64,000 nucleotides of DNA from Hemiscyllium ocellatum. Lineage: Eukaryota. Positions 1 through 12,225 of this stretch are shown piece after piece; the stretch's first letter is position 1; every line of letters starts with the position of its first letter. The stretch lies in assembly GCF_020745735.1 (NCBI RefSeq), contig NC_083401.1, positions 137,265,740 to 137,329,739 on the forward strand, given 5' to 3'. The position numbers and the translations under genes were made by a program. A model generated the notes under the pieces. That model was given only the letters and a program-made list of their open reading frames with translations. It ran no database searches and was not told where the DNA came from.

Positions 1-1230
1 TCCCTTAATGTTTAAAAAGTTGTCTATCTCAGCCTTGAATATTCTCAATGACCCAACTTTACCAACCTTCTATGATTAGATTACTTACAGTGTGGAAACA
101 GGCCCTTCGGCCCAACAAGTCCACACCGACCCGCCGAAGCGCAATCCACCCATACCCCTACATATATCCCTTACCTAACACTATGGGCAATTTAGCATGG
201 CCAATTCACCTGACCTGCACATCTTTGGACTGTGGGAGGAAACCGGAGCACCCGGAGGAAACCCACGCAGACACGGGGAGAACGTGCAAACTCCACACAG
301 TCAGTCGCCTGAGGCGGGAATTGAACCCAGGTCCCTGGCACTGTGAGGCAGCAGTGCTAACCACTGTGCCACCGTGCCGCCCTACTGTGCCACCGTGCCG
401 CCCTTAAGGAATTAAACATATTCATATCCCTTGAGAAACAAAATTCCTCCTCATTTATGTCTTAAATGTGTGACTCCTTATTCTGAGATTATGCCCTCTG
501 ATCCTTACATCCTTAGAAGGGGAAACAACCTTGCCTCATGTATGCTGTCAAGTCATCTAAGATTCCTATATGTTTCAATAGAGTTGTCTCTTATTCTTCT
601 GTATTCCAATGAGTATAGGCCTAATCTACTCAAACTCTCCCAGTAAGACAATATTTCTGTGTTCGGTATCAATCTAGTGAACCTTAGCTAGACTGTCTCC
701 AATGTCCCTTAGACAAAGGACTCAAAGTTGTACACAGTATTTTAGCTAGAGCTTTGTACAGTTTTAGCAAAACCTCCCTACTTCTATTATCCATTCCCTT
801 TGAAATAAAGGGGGACATTACATTTGCTCTCCCTGTTACCCACTGAAATTGGATGCTGGCTTTTTCTGATTCATGGATGAGGACTGCTAAATCCCTATGT
901 TCTACAGCTTTCTGGAGTTTTATGTAGTTAAATAATATTCAGTTCCTCTATCTTTCCTGCCAAAGAGCATAACCTTGCATTTTCCCAAATATATCCATCT
1001 GCCAAGTTTTTGCTCACTCAAGTTAATCTGTTTATATCCCTCTGCCTGTCATCTGCATCACTTGGCCTTCCTGACTATTTTTGTGCTGTAGCACATTCAC
1101 TTGCCTCATCCAAGTCATCAATATATATTGTAATTAATTGTAGAAATAGTACTGATATTCGTGGCAACACAGGTTGTTATCCTGAAAAATGCCTCCTTCT
1201 CCCAACTCTGTCTTCTATTAATTAGCTAAT
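1..1230 (-). mobile_element. Decayed CR1-type LINE 3' part, interrupted by an HE1 SINE
   Basis: Resembles the reverse complement of the CR1 RT C-terminal region seen in better-preserved copies (for example 7785-8800 and 48800-49600). No open frame. Confidence 0.7.
74..404 (-). mobile_element. HE1 SINE (tRNA-derived V-SINE), young full-length copy
   Basis: On the minus strand: A-box-like TGGCACAGTGG, B-box-like GGTTCAATTCC, V-domain gtgtggagtttgcacgttctccccgtgtctgcgtgggtttcctccgggtgctccggtttcc, LINE-like tail and AATCT repeat. CpGs are retained. Confidence 0.9.
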
Positions 1231-1249
1231 TTTCAGTGTAATATAGCAT

Positions 1250-1555
1250 GATTAGATTCCCTACAATGTGGAAACAGGTCATTTGGCCCAACAGGTCCAC
1301 ACCAACCCTCTGAAGAGTAACCCACCCAGACCCATTCCCTTATCCTATCTTTACCCCTGACTAATGCACCTAACACAATGCGCAACTTAGCATGACCAAT
1401 TCACCTGACCTGCACGTCTTTGGATTGTGGGAAGAAACCCACGCAGACAGTGGGAGAATGCGCTAACTCCACACAGTCACCCGAGGCAGGAATCGAACCC
1501 AGGTCCTTGTCACTGTGAGGCAGCAGTGCTTACTACTGAGCCACCCATGCTGCCC
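1250..1555 (-). mobile_element. HE1 SINE
   Basis: Same head, V-domain and tail as 74-404, more diverged. Confidence 0.88.
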
Positions 1556-2090
1556 GTGATTTCTATAGATCACACATCCTTGAAGAAAATAGCAGTGAGT
1601 TTCCTTGGCGAAGCACACTGAACTCCTTGGGCTTAGTACGTACTGGAAAGCTGGGTGGGTTCGAGTTCACCTTCGTACAGGGGGCCAGTCAATTTCTCTG
1701 CAGTATGCTTGGTCACAGACCTAGGAAAATTGTTCATAGATTATAAATGAGCTGTATTGTGATCAGCATTGGTCATCATATTGTGGCCTTGTGGCAGTTT
1801 AAACTGAAAGCCCAACATCTGATTGGCCAGATAGTGCCAACATAAATAAATAAATATTGAAAGTACAAACCTTACAGTAAACATTTGAATTTCAGAACAT
1901 TTAAAGGAATTTTGACACTTGAAGATTCATAGCCACATGGAGAACTGAAATACTTTGAAGCCTTTAGAAATCATTTAATTTTATTTCAATTTTCCAAAAT
2001 CTATAAGGGACGTGTGTAAAGGTTGTGTGGTGGACACTTTCCACTAATGTGCTGGGATAGATAATGAACATGACTGCTGTATGAAAGAGT

Positions 2091-2264
2091 CGAGAAGTTG
2101 GTGCTGGAAAAGCACAGCTGGTCAGGCAGCATCTGAGGAGCAGGAGAGTCGACATTTCGAACATAAGCTCTGCTCGAAATGTCGACTCTCCTGCTCTTCG
2201 GATGCTGCCTGACCGGCTGTGCTTTTCTAGCACCACTCTGATCTCCTGCATCTGCACTTACTCC
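2091..2264. mobile_element. Palindromic Penelope-tail (hammerhead family A) mini-element with TSD
   Basis: Inverted arms at about 2101-2163 and 2171-2233, flanked by ctg(c/t)tgtatgaaagagt at 2074-2090 and 2265-2281. Confidence 0.8.
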
Positions 2265-3310
2265 CTGTTGTATGAAAGAGTTGGATTACCCTTTTTGGCT
2301 CCTTAGGGCATGCTCCATCCATGCTGGCAGGAGATTGCAATGAGGCTAACAGCTGTGTAATAGTGTCCTTTGAATGCAGGGACAGATGAGGGAAAAAAAT
2401 GGCATGTTGTAAGGAATCTGTCAAGGCGAGACTCCCGCATAGTAACAGGTACCTATTAAGTGACTCAGAATTGCATGCCAAACAGTGTTTACCATCAACC
2501 TGTCTCTGATTTACTGTTCACCATTGCCAAGCCCTCACACACTTTTAGTTTGTAAGAACTCTCATGTACCTTTACTTCAAAGTGTCGGGGAAGTGCACCA
2601 GAGGCGCATATTTACATAGTAAAGAGTAAATTCGAACCAGATATTGAGAGCAAATTATTTACTCAAAGAATTATAAATGTTTGGCAAAGTTCGCAGTCAG
2701 GCTGACAGAGACAAAACATTAGGCGTATTTATTTAAAATACAAGTAAATGTTAACATGGGATACTAGAAGACTGAATTTTAATTGTTTGATTTTCCTTTG
2801 TTCATAATAACACCCAGTTAATATGACAATCCTTCTTTACTTACTGTGTGGAAGATCCCCAAAATAGAGAGCAACATTAAATATGTTGAAGGGGAAAGTC
2901 ATGTTAATATATTTACAGCAGAGTCTACACCATATTCCAGGTGTAAGGGGCATGGATTTTCTCATAGATATATCACCTTACTTTATTGGTTTTCAAGCAA
3001 GGATTAATGATGAACTAAGGGATTTTGCAGGTGCATATAAATCAAATTACTCTTGCAGTAATGAATTAAAGGAAATTGTGTTTTTTGCGAAATTAGATGT
3101 GGCAGGTTTTGCAATTATTAAGTGGTTGTATGGTTGGATGTCACTGTTGAAAGATTTCCCATCGTCTTCATCAAATGCATCATTACTCCAACATAATTGT
3201 TAGTGATTTCCCATTTTAAAGAAATGGTCAATTATTTCTTTTGAGTTTTAAAAGCTGATAGTTAATTGTAGTTGCAAAGTTTTACTTTTTAAACTTCCTT
3301 TATTCATAAC

Positions 3311-3535
3311 TAAAATAATTCCACAGTGGTCAGTATCCCATCACCAGGTCACCCTTTAGTTACAGGTGGAGAGTCCTTGATACTGATCCAGCTCCCTCAG
3401 AACCAGCTGTAGTGTGAAAAGAACCCCTGAGACTCCTGTTTATATCTGTCAGCCAGGGCTCCCTGATTGGAGCAGATTAAAGCCCCAGTGAAAGAATTCA
3501 TACACTCTGAGGTCCAACTGGCTGACCTCATTACA
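3311..3535 (-). mobile_element. Solo LTR (Gypsy-type, about 225 bp)
   Basis: Minus strand begins TGTAATGAGG. It carries CCAAT (plus attgg 3466-3470) followed by GATATAAA (plus 3439-3446) and is flanked by ataac (3306-3310) / ataat (3536-3540), a 5-bp TSD with one mismatch. The terminal CA is mutated. Confidence 0.65.
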
Positions 3536-4056
3536 ATAATTAAAATAACCATAGACAAAGATATGAGTCTTTGGGATTTAAAACCCTGGATCAATTCACT
3601 GTCCTGCACCTTACTGCTAAATCAGAAAGGATATAATGTATTTCACAGTGAATGATTCCCAGTGAGCATTCATCTACAATTGATGAGCAGGTTTTTAAAT
3701 ATGGGGAATCCTTTGACAACCAATGAGATTTGACTAATTTTGCTGGAATGAAATACTTTATTCTGACACTGTTTCAGTGGGCAGTCTCAGCATCTGATGG
3801 TGCATATTATAAAGTTGGATGAGTGCCACACTTGATGCTTGAGCAATTATTTTAAATTGCCTTAGATTAATGCACAGTACGTACTCAAATTACCAAGATG
3901 TGCTGCCAGTGGATGGCAAAAAGTCACAAAATTGTGCTGCTGGACCTAAATCTAAACATAGACAAACAGGCATTCAGTTGCAATCTGGCTTCTTTAATAG
4001 AGGGCTTCAGCAGACTGAAGTATCTGGGGATTTTTCTAGATTAGTGGTTAAATCTC

Positions 4057-4370
4057 GCAGCGTGGTAGCTCAGCAGTTAGCACTGCTGCCTCACAGCACC
4101 AGGGACCAGGGTTCGATTCCAGCCTCGGGTGATTGCCTGTGTGGAGTTTGCACATTCTTCCCGTGTCTGCATGGGTTTCTTCTGAATGCTCCGGTTTCCT
4201 CCCGCAGTCCAAAGATGTGCAGGTCAGATGCATTGGCCATGGACAATTGCCCATAGTGTTAGATGCATTAATCAGAGGGAAATGGGTCTGGGTGGGTTAC
4301 TGTTTGGAGGGTCGGTGTGGACTTGTTGGGCCGATGGGCCTGTTTCCACACTGTATGGAATGTTATCTAA
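4057..4370 (+). mobile_element. HE1 SINE
   Basis: gcagcgtggtagctcagcagttagcactgctgcctcacagc head, ggttcgattcc B-box, V-domain and tail. Confidence 0.88.
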
Positions 4371-5164
4371 GCTGAAAATAATCCTCTAGTTTAGAAATTT
4401 ACAATGTAGATTATATTGAACATTAGATTTCATTGTTAGAACTTAAATTTTTCATTATTTTTATTTTATATTTTGTCACCTTGGTTTGGAGCTGTGAACT
4501 AGGAACTATGAACTAAAGTTGACTTTCGGACTGTGGGTGACAGCTTGCATTGAATAAGCTTTTGGTTATTAATGAGACCGACTCTGGAAATTAATTATAG
4601 TTTGATTCCTGATCAACAGGTTCTGCAGATGCCTTGTCACTGGGGAAGAGCATTCTGTTTAAACAAATAGCAGAAATTGACAACTAATGAGGTTCGAAGC
4701 TGGGAATTGGTTCCAACAAGCCTGGACATGACCTTATGCTTAATGGCAGATATAGAACAGAAACCTCGTTGAGGAGATGATTAGTCTGTCAGGGAGTGGT
4801 CAGAGATGGAATTAGGTTTTGGACTGTGTTTTCTGTTTAAAAAAAAAAGATTCGGCTGTTGATATTACAGAATGAAGATTTTGAAAGTTTCCTGCCTAAC
4901 CTCCCATAATAATTTCTTTGAAGCTCAGAGAAGAGAATATCTGAGTGAACTGTAACAGTGACCTTGATCGATATCTTCAGAAAATGAATCCAGAAACTAT
5001 CACCTATACCTGTGGAACAACACATTGTGAAAACCATTGAAGTAATCTGGCCAACTTTTTCATTTTCTTTTCTTTACCCCTTAACTTTATCCCTCGTCTG
5101 TTTTGTGAAAGGGGCTGAAAAGAAAGGTTTTGGGGTTTATAGACCAACAAGATAACTTTGTTGT

Positions 5165-5468
5165 TTAGATTAGATTCCCTACAGTATGGAAATAGGCCCT
5201 TCGGCCCAACAAGTCAACACTGCCCTCCGAAGAGTAACCCACCCAGACCCATTTCCCAACCCTGTATTTACCCCTGACTAATACATCTAACACTCTGGGC
5301 AATTTAGAATGGCCTATTCACCTGACCTGCACATCTTTAGATTGTAGGAGGAAACCCACACAGACACTGGGAAAATGTGCAATCTCCACACAAACAGTCG
5401 CCTAAGGCAAGAATCGAACTTGGGTCCCAGGCGCTGTGAGGCAGCAGTGCTAAACACTGAGCCACCGT
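5165..5468 (-). mobile_element. HE1 SINE
   Basis: Homologous to the other copies, with an (AATCT)n tail on the minus strand. Confidence 0.88.
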
Positions 5469-5974
5469 CAAGTTATTGAATTGGTAATAAATTGCTAAGT
5501 CTTTAAGTGTACCAACGTTTGTTATTATTCCCAAATCTGGGATTGGTTATTTAAAAAGTCTGGTTAGAAACTGTTGGGGTCAATTTTGAGAGTCTTTGAA
5601 AGTTTTAATTTTACTATGTTGTGAATACAGAGGTAGAAAGGTTGTTTTAGTTCGGTTGTCTGTCTCTACATCCTAATATCATGCAGCAATCCTCATGGGC
5701 CATTGGATGTTGGATTTCCCAGGGTTGGAGAAGACCGATTGAATAAGATTAAATCTGAAACACAATTAAAATCTGAGGCATGCAGTCTTGTTAAAATATT
5801 TGAATGAACAATCTTCTGGCTGCATACAGGTTGCTAGCCTGTTCATTGAAATAGTGTGCTGTTGAGAAGGTTTGAATTTAGATTTAAAGTGTTTACTTAC
5901 TAGTGGCTGATCTGACCAAAATCTAACATTATATTCATGAATAAAGGAAAAGTACTGAAGATGTTTGAAAAACA

Positions 5975-6060
5975 TGAAACAAACATAAAAAATGCTGGAG
6001 GAACTCGGTGGGTCTGCAGCATCTGTGGAGAGAGAAACAGACTTAATATTTCAAACCTTG
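5975..6060 (-). mobile_element. Penelope-like tail fragment (third family, 'C')
   Basis: aaatgctggaggaactcggtgggtctgcagcatctgtggagagagaaacagacttaatatttc is shared with 45270-45355 and 33495-33570, and is distantly similar to the family A tail. Confidence 0.5.
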
Positions 6061-7056
6061 TAACCTTTCTTCTTGCCTCATGTAACCCGTACCCTTCTAT
6101 GTGACTAACCCACTTGATGTAGTCTCTTCAGTTTCTCCTAAACAAGTTAATTTACATTTGCTGTTCATGTGATCTCTGCTTTAATAGCGTTTACCCTATG
6201 AAATAGGGAGCACTGTAGGAAAACCTTCATTGTTGTATTCTCTCTGCATAGAGAAGTATCTGATGGTGTATTGTGCTTTGCCCTGGTTTACAATTAACTG
6301 GCCCATTTTAAATAGGATCCAACCACTGTGTACACATGGTTCATATTTCCTGAGCCAGCATGGATTCCCTTTTACTTAATCATTTTGAAATCCATCTGCC
6401 TTTCCTCAGCTCAGCACTTACTGTATTCAGTTTGTTTTAATCTTATGAACTTTAGTTATTCTAATCACCTGACCACATCTGGTACCACCAGGACGTTTCA
6501 TAATAAGTACGTCCCACAGTATGGTGTTTGAGAAGAGTGGGGAACCCAGAACAAATTGTGATGAAGCTTTATGGACTATTTTGACATGCTGAAATGTCAC
6601 AATTGACTGCATAATGTTTTGTTATGTGATGACCTATTTTATGTAGGTAGAGTTCTTCCTGTTTTCCTTTTGTGAAATAAATGTTTTTTCCTTTTCTGAA
6701 ATGTTTCTTTTCCTTTTGCTTCTCCCCTCCTGCCCTTGCCGCAAAGCAATAACTCATTGTTGGGTTATATTTTAGTGTGCAATGCTTAGCTCCGTGTCTT
6801 CATATATAAGCAAAACTGTGAGTGTGAACTGTTTATTCAATAACTGGAGGCAATTGTAACCAACACAAACCTGCCTTTTTTTTTGATTTCTGTGTAATTG
6901 TATTTCAAATAGGAATTTCTGAGATAGTTAGAAAAAGAGGAATTCTGAGAAAATTTCTTCCGTCTCCCCAACCCACCCATCCCAATCAGTGTTGCTGAAG
7001 CCAATTCTAATGGCTTTGCCAATACGTCAACTGATCGAATATAATTCAGCATGCAA

Positions 7057-7378
7057 GGGCGACACGGTGGCACAGTGGTTAGCATTGCTGCCTCAAAGCG
7101 TCAGAAACCCGGGTTCAATTCCCGCCTTGGACAACTGTTTGTGTGGAGTTTGCACATTCTCCCAGTGTCTGCCTGGGTTTCCTCCGCGTGCTCCGGTTTC
7201 CTCCCATAGTCCAAAGATTACATTAGATTCGCTACAGATGTGCAGGTTAGGTGAATTGGCCATGAAGGGGTAAATGTAGGGGAATGGGTCTGGGTGGGTT
7301 GCTCTTCGGCGGGTCGGTGTGAACTTGGTGGACTGAAGGGCCTGTTTCCACACTGTAAGTAATCTAATCTAATCTAAT
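7057..7378 (+). mobile_element. HE1 SINE with a 21-bp internal insertion
   Basis: Full head to (AATCT)3 tail. Extra sequence at 7219-7239 compared with the other copies. Confidence 0.9.
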
Positions 7379-7784
7379 TAGGAATTAAAATTGGTACCAA
7401 CTTGACTTAGTGAAGCATTGCTTTAACTAGCTGGGGTACGTGAAGGGCATGTGTTTTGCAAAGCCAATTAATTAGACCTGTTACAGTGGACTATCAATTT
7501 TCAACATTAATCATTTGAGTTCAACACCCTTGGAGTAAAAATGTTTTTTTTGAATGAATGTTGATCTAAAGTGGCTGCTTTGATCACCCAACAAGCCCAG
7601 GCAGCATGCATGGAATATAAAACAACCTATGAACCACATACCTCAGAATTACAATTCTAATCAAGAAGAATTGAAAGTCAATTTAACATCAAGAAATTGG
7701 CAACTCTTGATTCACTCATACTTGCACAATAACTTCATATATTTTGGTTGAAAAATGAGGTATTCAGTTTGGGAAAGATAATCG

Positions 7785-9790
7785 ACCATAAGAAAAAGGA
7801 ACCAAATTAATCCATTTGGCCCATCAAGTCTGTTCTGCCATTCGATCATGACTGATATGTTTCTCAAGCTCATTCATTGCCTACTTCCCCTTATAATCAG
7901 GAAGCTATCAATCTCTGTCTTAAATACACTCAATGACTTGGTCTCCCCAGCTCTCTGCAGCAATGGGTTCAACAAATTAACTACCCACTGACTGAAGAAA
8001 TTCCTCCTCATCTAGGTTTTGAAGGGTCTTTCCTTCTCCCTGAGGCTATTCCCTTAGGTCCTAGTCTTTCCAACCAGTGAAAACATCTTCTGCACGTCAA
8101 TTCTATCCAGGCAATTCAGAATTCTGTAAGTCTCAATCAGATCCTCCCTCATCCTTCTAAACTTCATTGAGTATCGACCCAGAGTCTTCAACCGTTCTTC
8201 ATATGACAAGTACTTCATCACCAGGATCATTCTTGTAAATTTTCTCTGAACCCCCTGCAAGGCCAGCACATTCTTCCTTAGTTATGAGGCCCAAAACTGC
8301 TCTCAATATCCCAAATGTGGCCTAAACAGAACCTTACACACCATCAGCAGTATGTATCTGCTCTTGTATTCTAGCCCTCTAGAAATGAATGCTAACATTG
8401 CATTTGACTTCCTAACTGCTAAGTGAACCGATATTTTAATGTAAAGATGATCAAAGCCTTTCCCTGTTTAGAATATAGTCTATGCCTGTATTCTTCCTGC
8501 CAAAGTGCATAATCTCACCATTCCCACATTTTATTCCATCCGAGACTTCTTTGCCTACTCTGCTAACCTGTCCATGAGCTTCTGCATCCTCCACTTGCTC
8601 AACATTAACTCTCCCTCCACCTATCATTGTGTCATCTGCAAACTTAGCAACAATACCCTCAGTTCCTTCATCCAGATCATGAATGTAAAATGTAAGTAGT
8701 TGTGATCCCAACACTGACCCCAGCGGATCTCCACTAGTTAACGGCTGCCATCCTGAAAATAATTCCTTTATCTCCATTCTCTGCCTTCTGCCAGTCAGCC
8801 AGAGAAAGTGAGGACTGCAGATGCTGGAGAGTGTGGTGCTGGAAAAGAACAGCAGGTCAGGCAGCATTTGAGAAGCAGAAGAGTTGATGTTTTGGGCAGA
8901 AGTCCTTTATCAGGAATGTGGGGGTGGGAGGAAGGAGGCTGAGAGATAAATAGGCAGGGTGGCGCTAGGGGAAAGGTAGCTGGAAGGCGTTAGGTAAATT
9001 GAGGTGTGGGGTGATGGTGATAGGTTGGAGGGGAGGGTGGAACTGGTAGGTGGGAAGGAAGATGGACAGGTAGGACAGGTCAAGGAGGGTTGGATCTGGG
9101 GTGAGGTGGGGAAGGGGGGGGGGTGTTTCGAAGCTAGTGAAGTCAACATTGATGCCATGTGCTTGAAGGGTCCCAAGGCAGAAGATGAGGCATTCGTCCT
9201 CCAAACATCAGGTGGCTCAGATTTGGCGGTAGAGGAGGCCCAGGACTTGCATGTGGAGTGAGAGGGGAAGTAATCGAACGCAGGATGGTGGGGATGTTTG
9301 GAGTGTGTGTCCCAGAGATATTCCCTGAAACGCTCTGCAGGTTGGTGTACTGTCTGCCTGATGTAGAGGAAACCACATTGAGAGCAACGGACACAGTAGA
9401 TGAGGTGGGTGAATGTGCAGGAAAATCTCTGCCAGGTGTGAAACAAGATCTTCTCCAGTGCCCCACACAGTCCTCTCTATGCCATACCTTGTCCTAGCAC
9501 CATGGGCTCTAACACTCCTCTGCAACACCTTGTCAAAGGCCTTTTGGAAATCCAAATAGTTCATGTTCACTGGCTCTACATGGTCTAATGCTCCTCAAAG
9601 AATTCTAACAGATTTGTCAGGCGTGACCTTCCCTTGATGAAGCCATGCTGACTCGGCCATATTTTAGCCTGCACTTCCAAGTACTCTGCAATCTCCTTCT
9701 TATTCATGGACTCTAAACTCCTACCAGTAACTGAGGTCAGGCTAATGCATCCAGTTTCCTATCTTCAGCCTCACTGCCTTCTTAAATAAG
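7785..9790 (-). mobile_element. CR1 LINE ORF2 remnant split by a Penelope insertion (CR1 parts about 7785-8800 and 9455-9790)
   Basis: ORF-track peptides YLDFQKAFDKV, SGDPLGSVLGSQLLTFYIHDLDEG...KFADDT and VQRKFTRMI...LSYEERL. Confidence 0.88.
8801..9447 (-). mobile_element. Penelope-like element 3' fragment (GIY-YIG endonuclease plus family A tail)
   Basis: Peptides LIYCVRCSQCGFLYIRQT...RFREYL and LIFCLGTLQAHGINVDF. Tail with a degenerate hammerhead core (minus strand cctgataaaggacttctgcccaaaacatc). Confidence 0.85.
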
Positions 9791-10582
9791 AGCTAAATTC
9801 ATTTGATTGAGATGTTATAACAATGTGCTAAAAGGGACGAAAAACAAAATAAACAAATGATTTGTCATAACTGACCGAGAGGAAGTTTCAAAAAAGAGGG
9901 TAACAATTTGCCATTTGTTTGATGAACCTTAATTGAAGTCCCACACGTAAAATCATTGTTGATTACATGTTGGAACAAGCTATAGCTGCTGTGTTTATTT
10001 GTTGTATACTCACTGAATTCTGATTTGTTTTTGAAGCCTAAATATATATGTGGCCATTGTTGGTATCCCATTAAATCAGTCTGAGTATTTTTGCATTGCC
10101 ATCATTAGACAGGTGATTCCCTGATCCATATTTGCCATGTAATCCTTGCTTCCAATTTTTGTCTGTGTATAACCACTAATAACATGAATAGAACATTGCC
10201 TTTTCTCTCACTTGTTTCATGGAGCATTGTAAGGTGTATGTCATCTGGCTCTGCTGCATATAAATATTTAATTGCTCAATTTTTTCATTGCACATGCTTT
10301 ACTGATCTCAGGAATCCAAACTCAATCTAGCTGGATCTGGAATTTATCGGAGGTCTTCATTTATGAAGACCAACATGAAAATTTATTTAACGCATCAGCC
10401 ATTTCCTGATGTCCCATAATATTTCCATCCAGTTCACCCATTTGATCCTTGACACAGTTTTATCTATTCCTTTGTAGAAATGTTCTTAAGTTGCTTTTCA
10501 TTGGCTTCATATATGTTATATTCATACTGTGGTTTAGCATAATGTGACATTTACATAATCCACAGGCTTTACCATTTTTGAT

Positions 10583-11113
10583 TTAGAGTCATAGAGTCAT
10601 GTAACATGGAACCAGACCCTTCGATCAACCTGTCCATGCCGACCAGATATCCCAACACAATCTAGTCTCACCTGCCAGCACCCAGCCCAAATCCCTCCAA
10701 ATCCTACCTATTCATATACCCATCCAAATGCCTCTTAAATGTTGCAATTGTACCAGCCTCCACCACATCCTCTGGCAGCTCATTCCATACCCGTACCACC
10801 CTTTGCGTGAAAATGTTGCCCCTTAAGTCTCTTTTGTATCTGTCCCCTCTCACCCTAAACCTATGCCCTCTAGTTCTGGACCCCCCGATCCAGGGAAAAG
10901 ACTTTTCCTATTTATCCTATCCATGCCCCTCATAATTTTGTAAACCTCTATAAAGGTCACCCGTCAGCCTCCAACGCTCCAGGGATAACAGCCCCAGACT
11001 GTTCAGCCTCTCCCTTTAGCTCAAATCCTCCAACCCTGGCAACGTCCTTGTAAATCTTTTCTGAACCCTTTCAAGTTTCACAACATCTTTCCAATAGGAA
11101 GGAGAACAGAATT
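10583..11113 (-). mobile_element. HER1-type CR1 LINE 3' fragment
   Basis: Closely similar to 24810-25340, with a (TCTATGAC)-type tail on the minus strand. Confidence 0.88.
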
Positions 11114-11914
11114 CCTGTACCTTTCAAAATAATTAATTGCTTCCTGCTTAATACTGACTTGTTAAGCACTAGATTCTTGCTTAAAGTCTTTTTTGTCATT
11201 ACTTTTTATATTGTCTCAAGAACCCAACACATCAAACACCAGTCTGTACAAGATGGATCCAATCATCATGTTTTTGTTTGAGTAACTCTTTGGTCCCTCT
11301 CTCGGCCTGTCAGACCATCCATCCCCTTTCCCACCTCTCTTGATGTCTGTTTGATTTTCATATCATTCCTAATTCTCTCAATGCATGCAATTTAAGAAAA
11401 ACTATTTGGCTTTCTTATCAAAGTTAGAGAACAAAGTAAGATTTCATCGGATGCCTTTCAGTCAGGCTGCTTATTTTTATTTGATATATTGCCTTGAAGC
11501 AGCCGTGTCTTTATTGTATATACATTAAATGGAATTTATTGTGATAGATCATCTCTCTGCAGCACACAAACATAATTTGTGTGATAACAGATGGATAAAT
11601 GTTTTATCATAAACCATCATCTTAAATTACCTTGATTTTTATTGTTTTTGGTGTGGCAAAGACAGGGATAAATAGAATTTCTCAGCAATTGAATTATAAA
11701 GCTTCTTTGTATTGGGTGGATGCACATTAGGTTAAGCCTAATGAAAATGTATTTAGGACATGTTGAGACCAGGAATAAATGTATTTGAAATCATCATTGA
11801 CTTTAAAAGGAAGGTATTCCGTTTTCACAGGTAGATAAGCAGGTATAGACATGCCAAGCCAGCACGATAGGTAGCCCATTGCTCCAGATTGGCTGCATCC
11901 TTCTTTTTCTCTCT

Positions 11915-12225
11915 TTCCTCGTCTTTTTCTTTCCTTCATTTTCTGACATTGTGGGAAAGCCGGAGCAGTACTGAGCAGGTCATCGGCAGGAGTGGTGCCC
12001 AGAGCGGGGACTCCTGGCCGAAGTGTTGGGGCTCCTTGAGGCCCAGGACATCTGGCAGAGACCTTCCCGAAGTCCTGGAGCTGTGTTTGAAGACAGCTTG
12101 TACAGAGGATGAACTCTATTTATGTAATTTCTTTTTGCAACTCAAAATGGTACTGGATTGTGGCAACAAAACTTTTTTTTAACTGTATCTTTCTAAATAT
12201 ATGTGACAATAAATAACTCAATAAT
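11915..12225 (+). mobile_element. Unclassified short retroelement with a ...actgtatct...tgtgacaataaa tail
   Basis: GC-rich body in an AT-rich context. The 3' end resembles the reverse complement of 30190-30240. Confidence 0.4.

Noticed and set aside
48-407. Recurrent 60-130 aa ORFs such as MGNLAWPIHLTCTSLDCGRKPEH... (also at 4048, 7093, 20932, 59643)
   Set aside because: They are incidental translations of HE1 SINE sequence, not a protein family.
4057-4130. tRNA-like A/B boxes
   Set aside because: These are SINE heads fused to a V-domain and LINE tail, with no complete cloverleaf. They are not tRNA genes.
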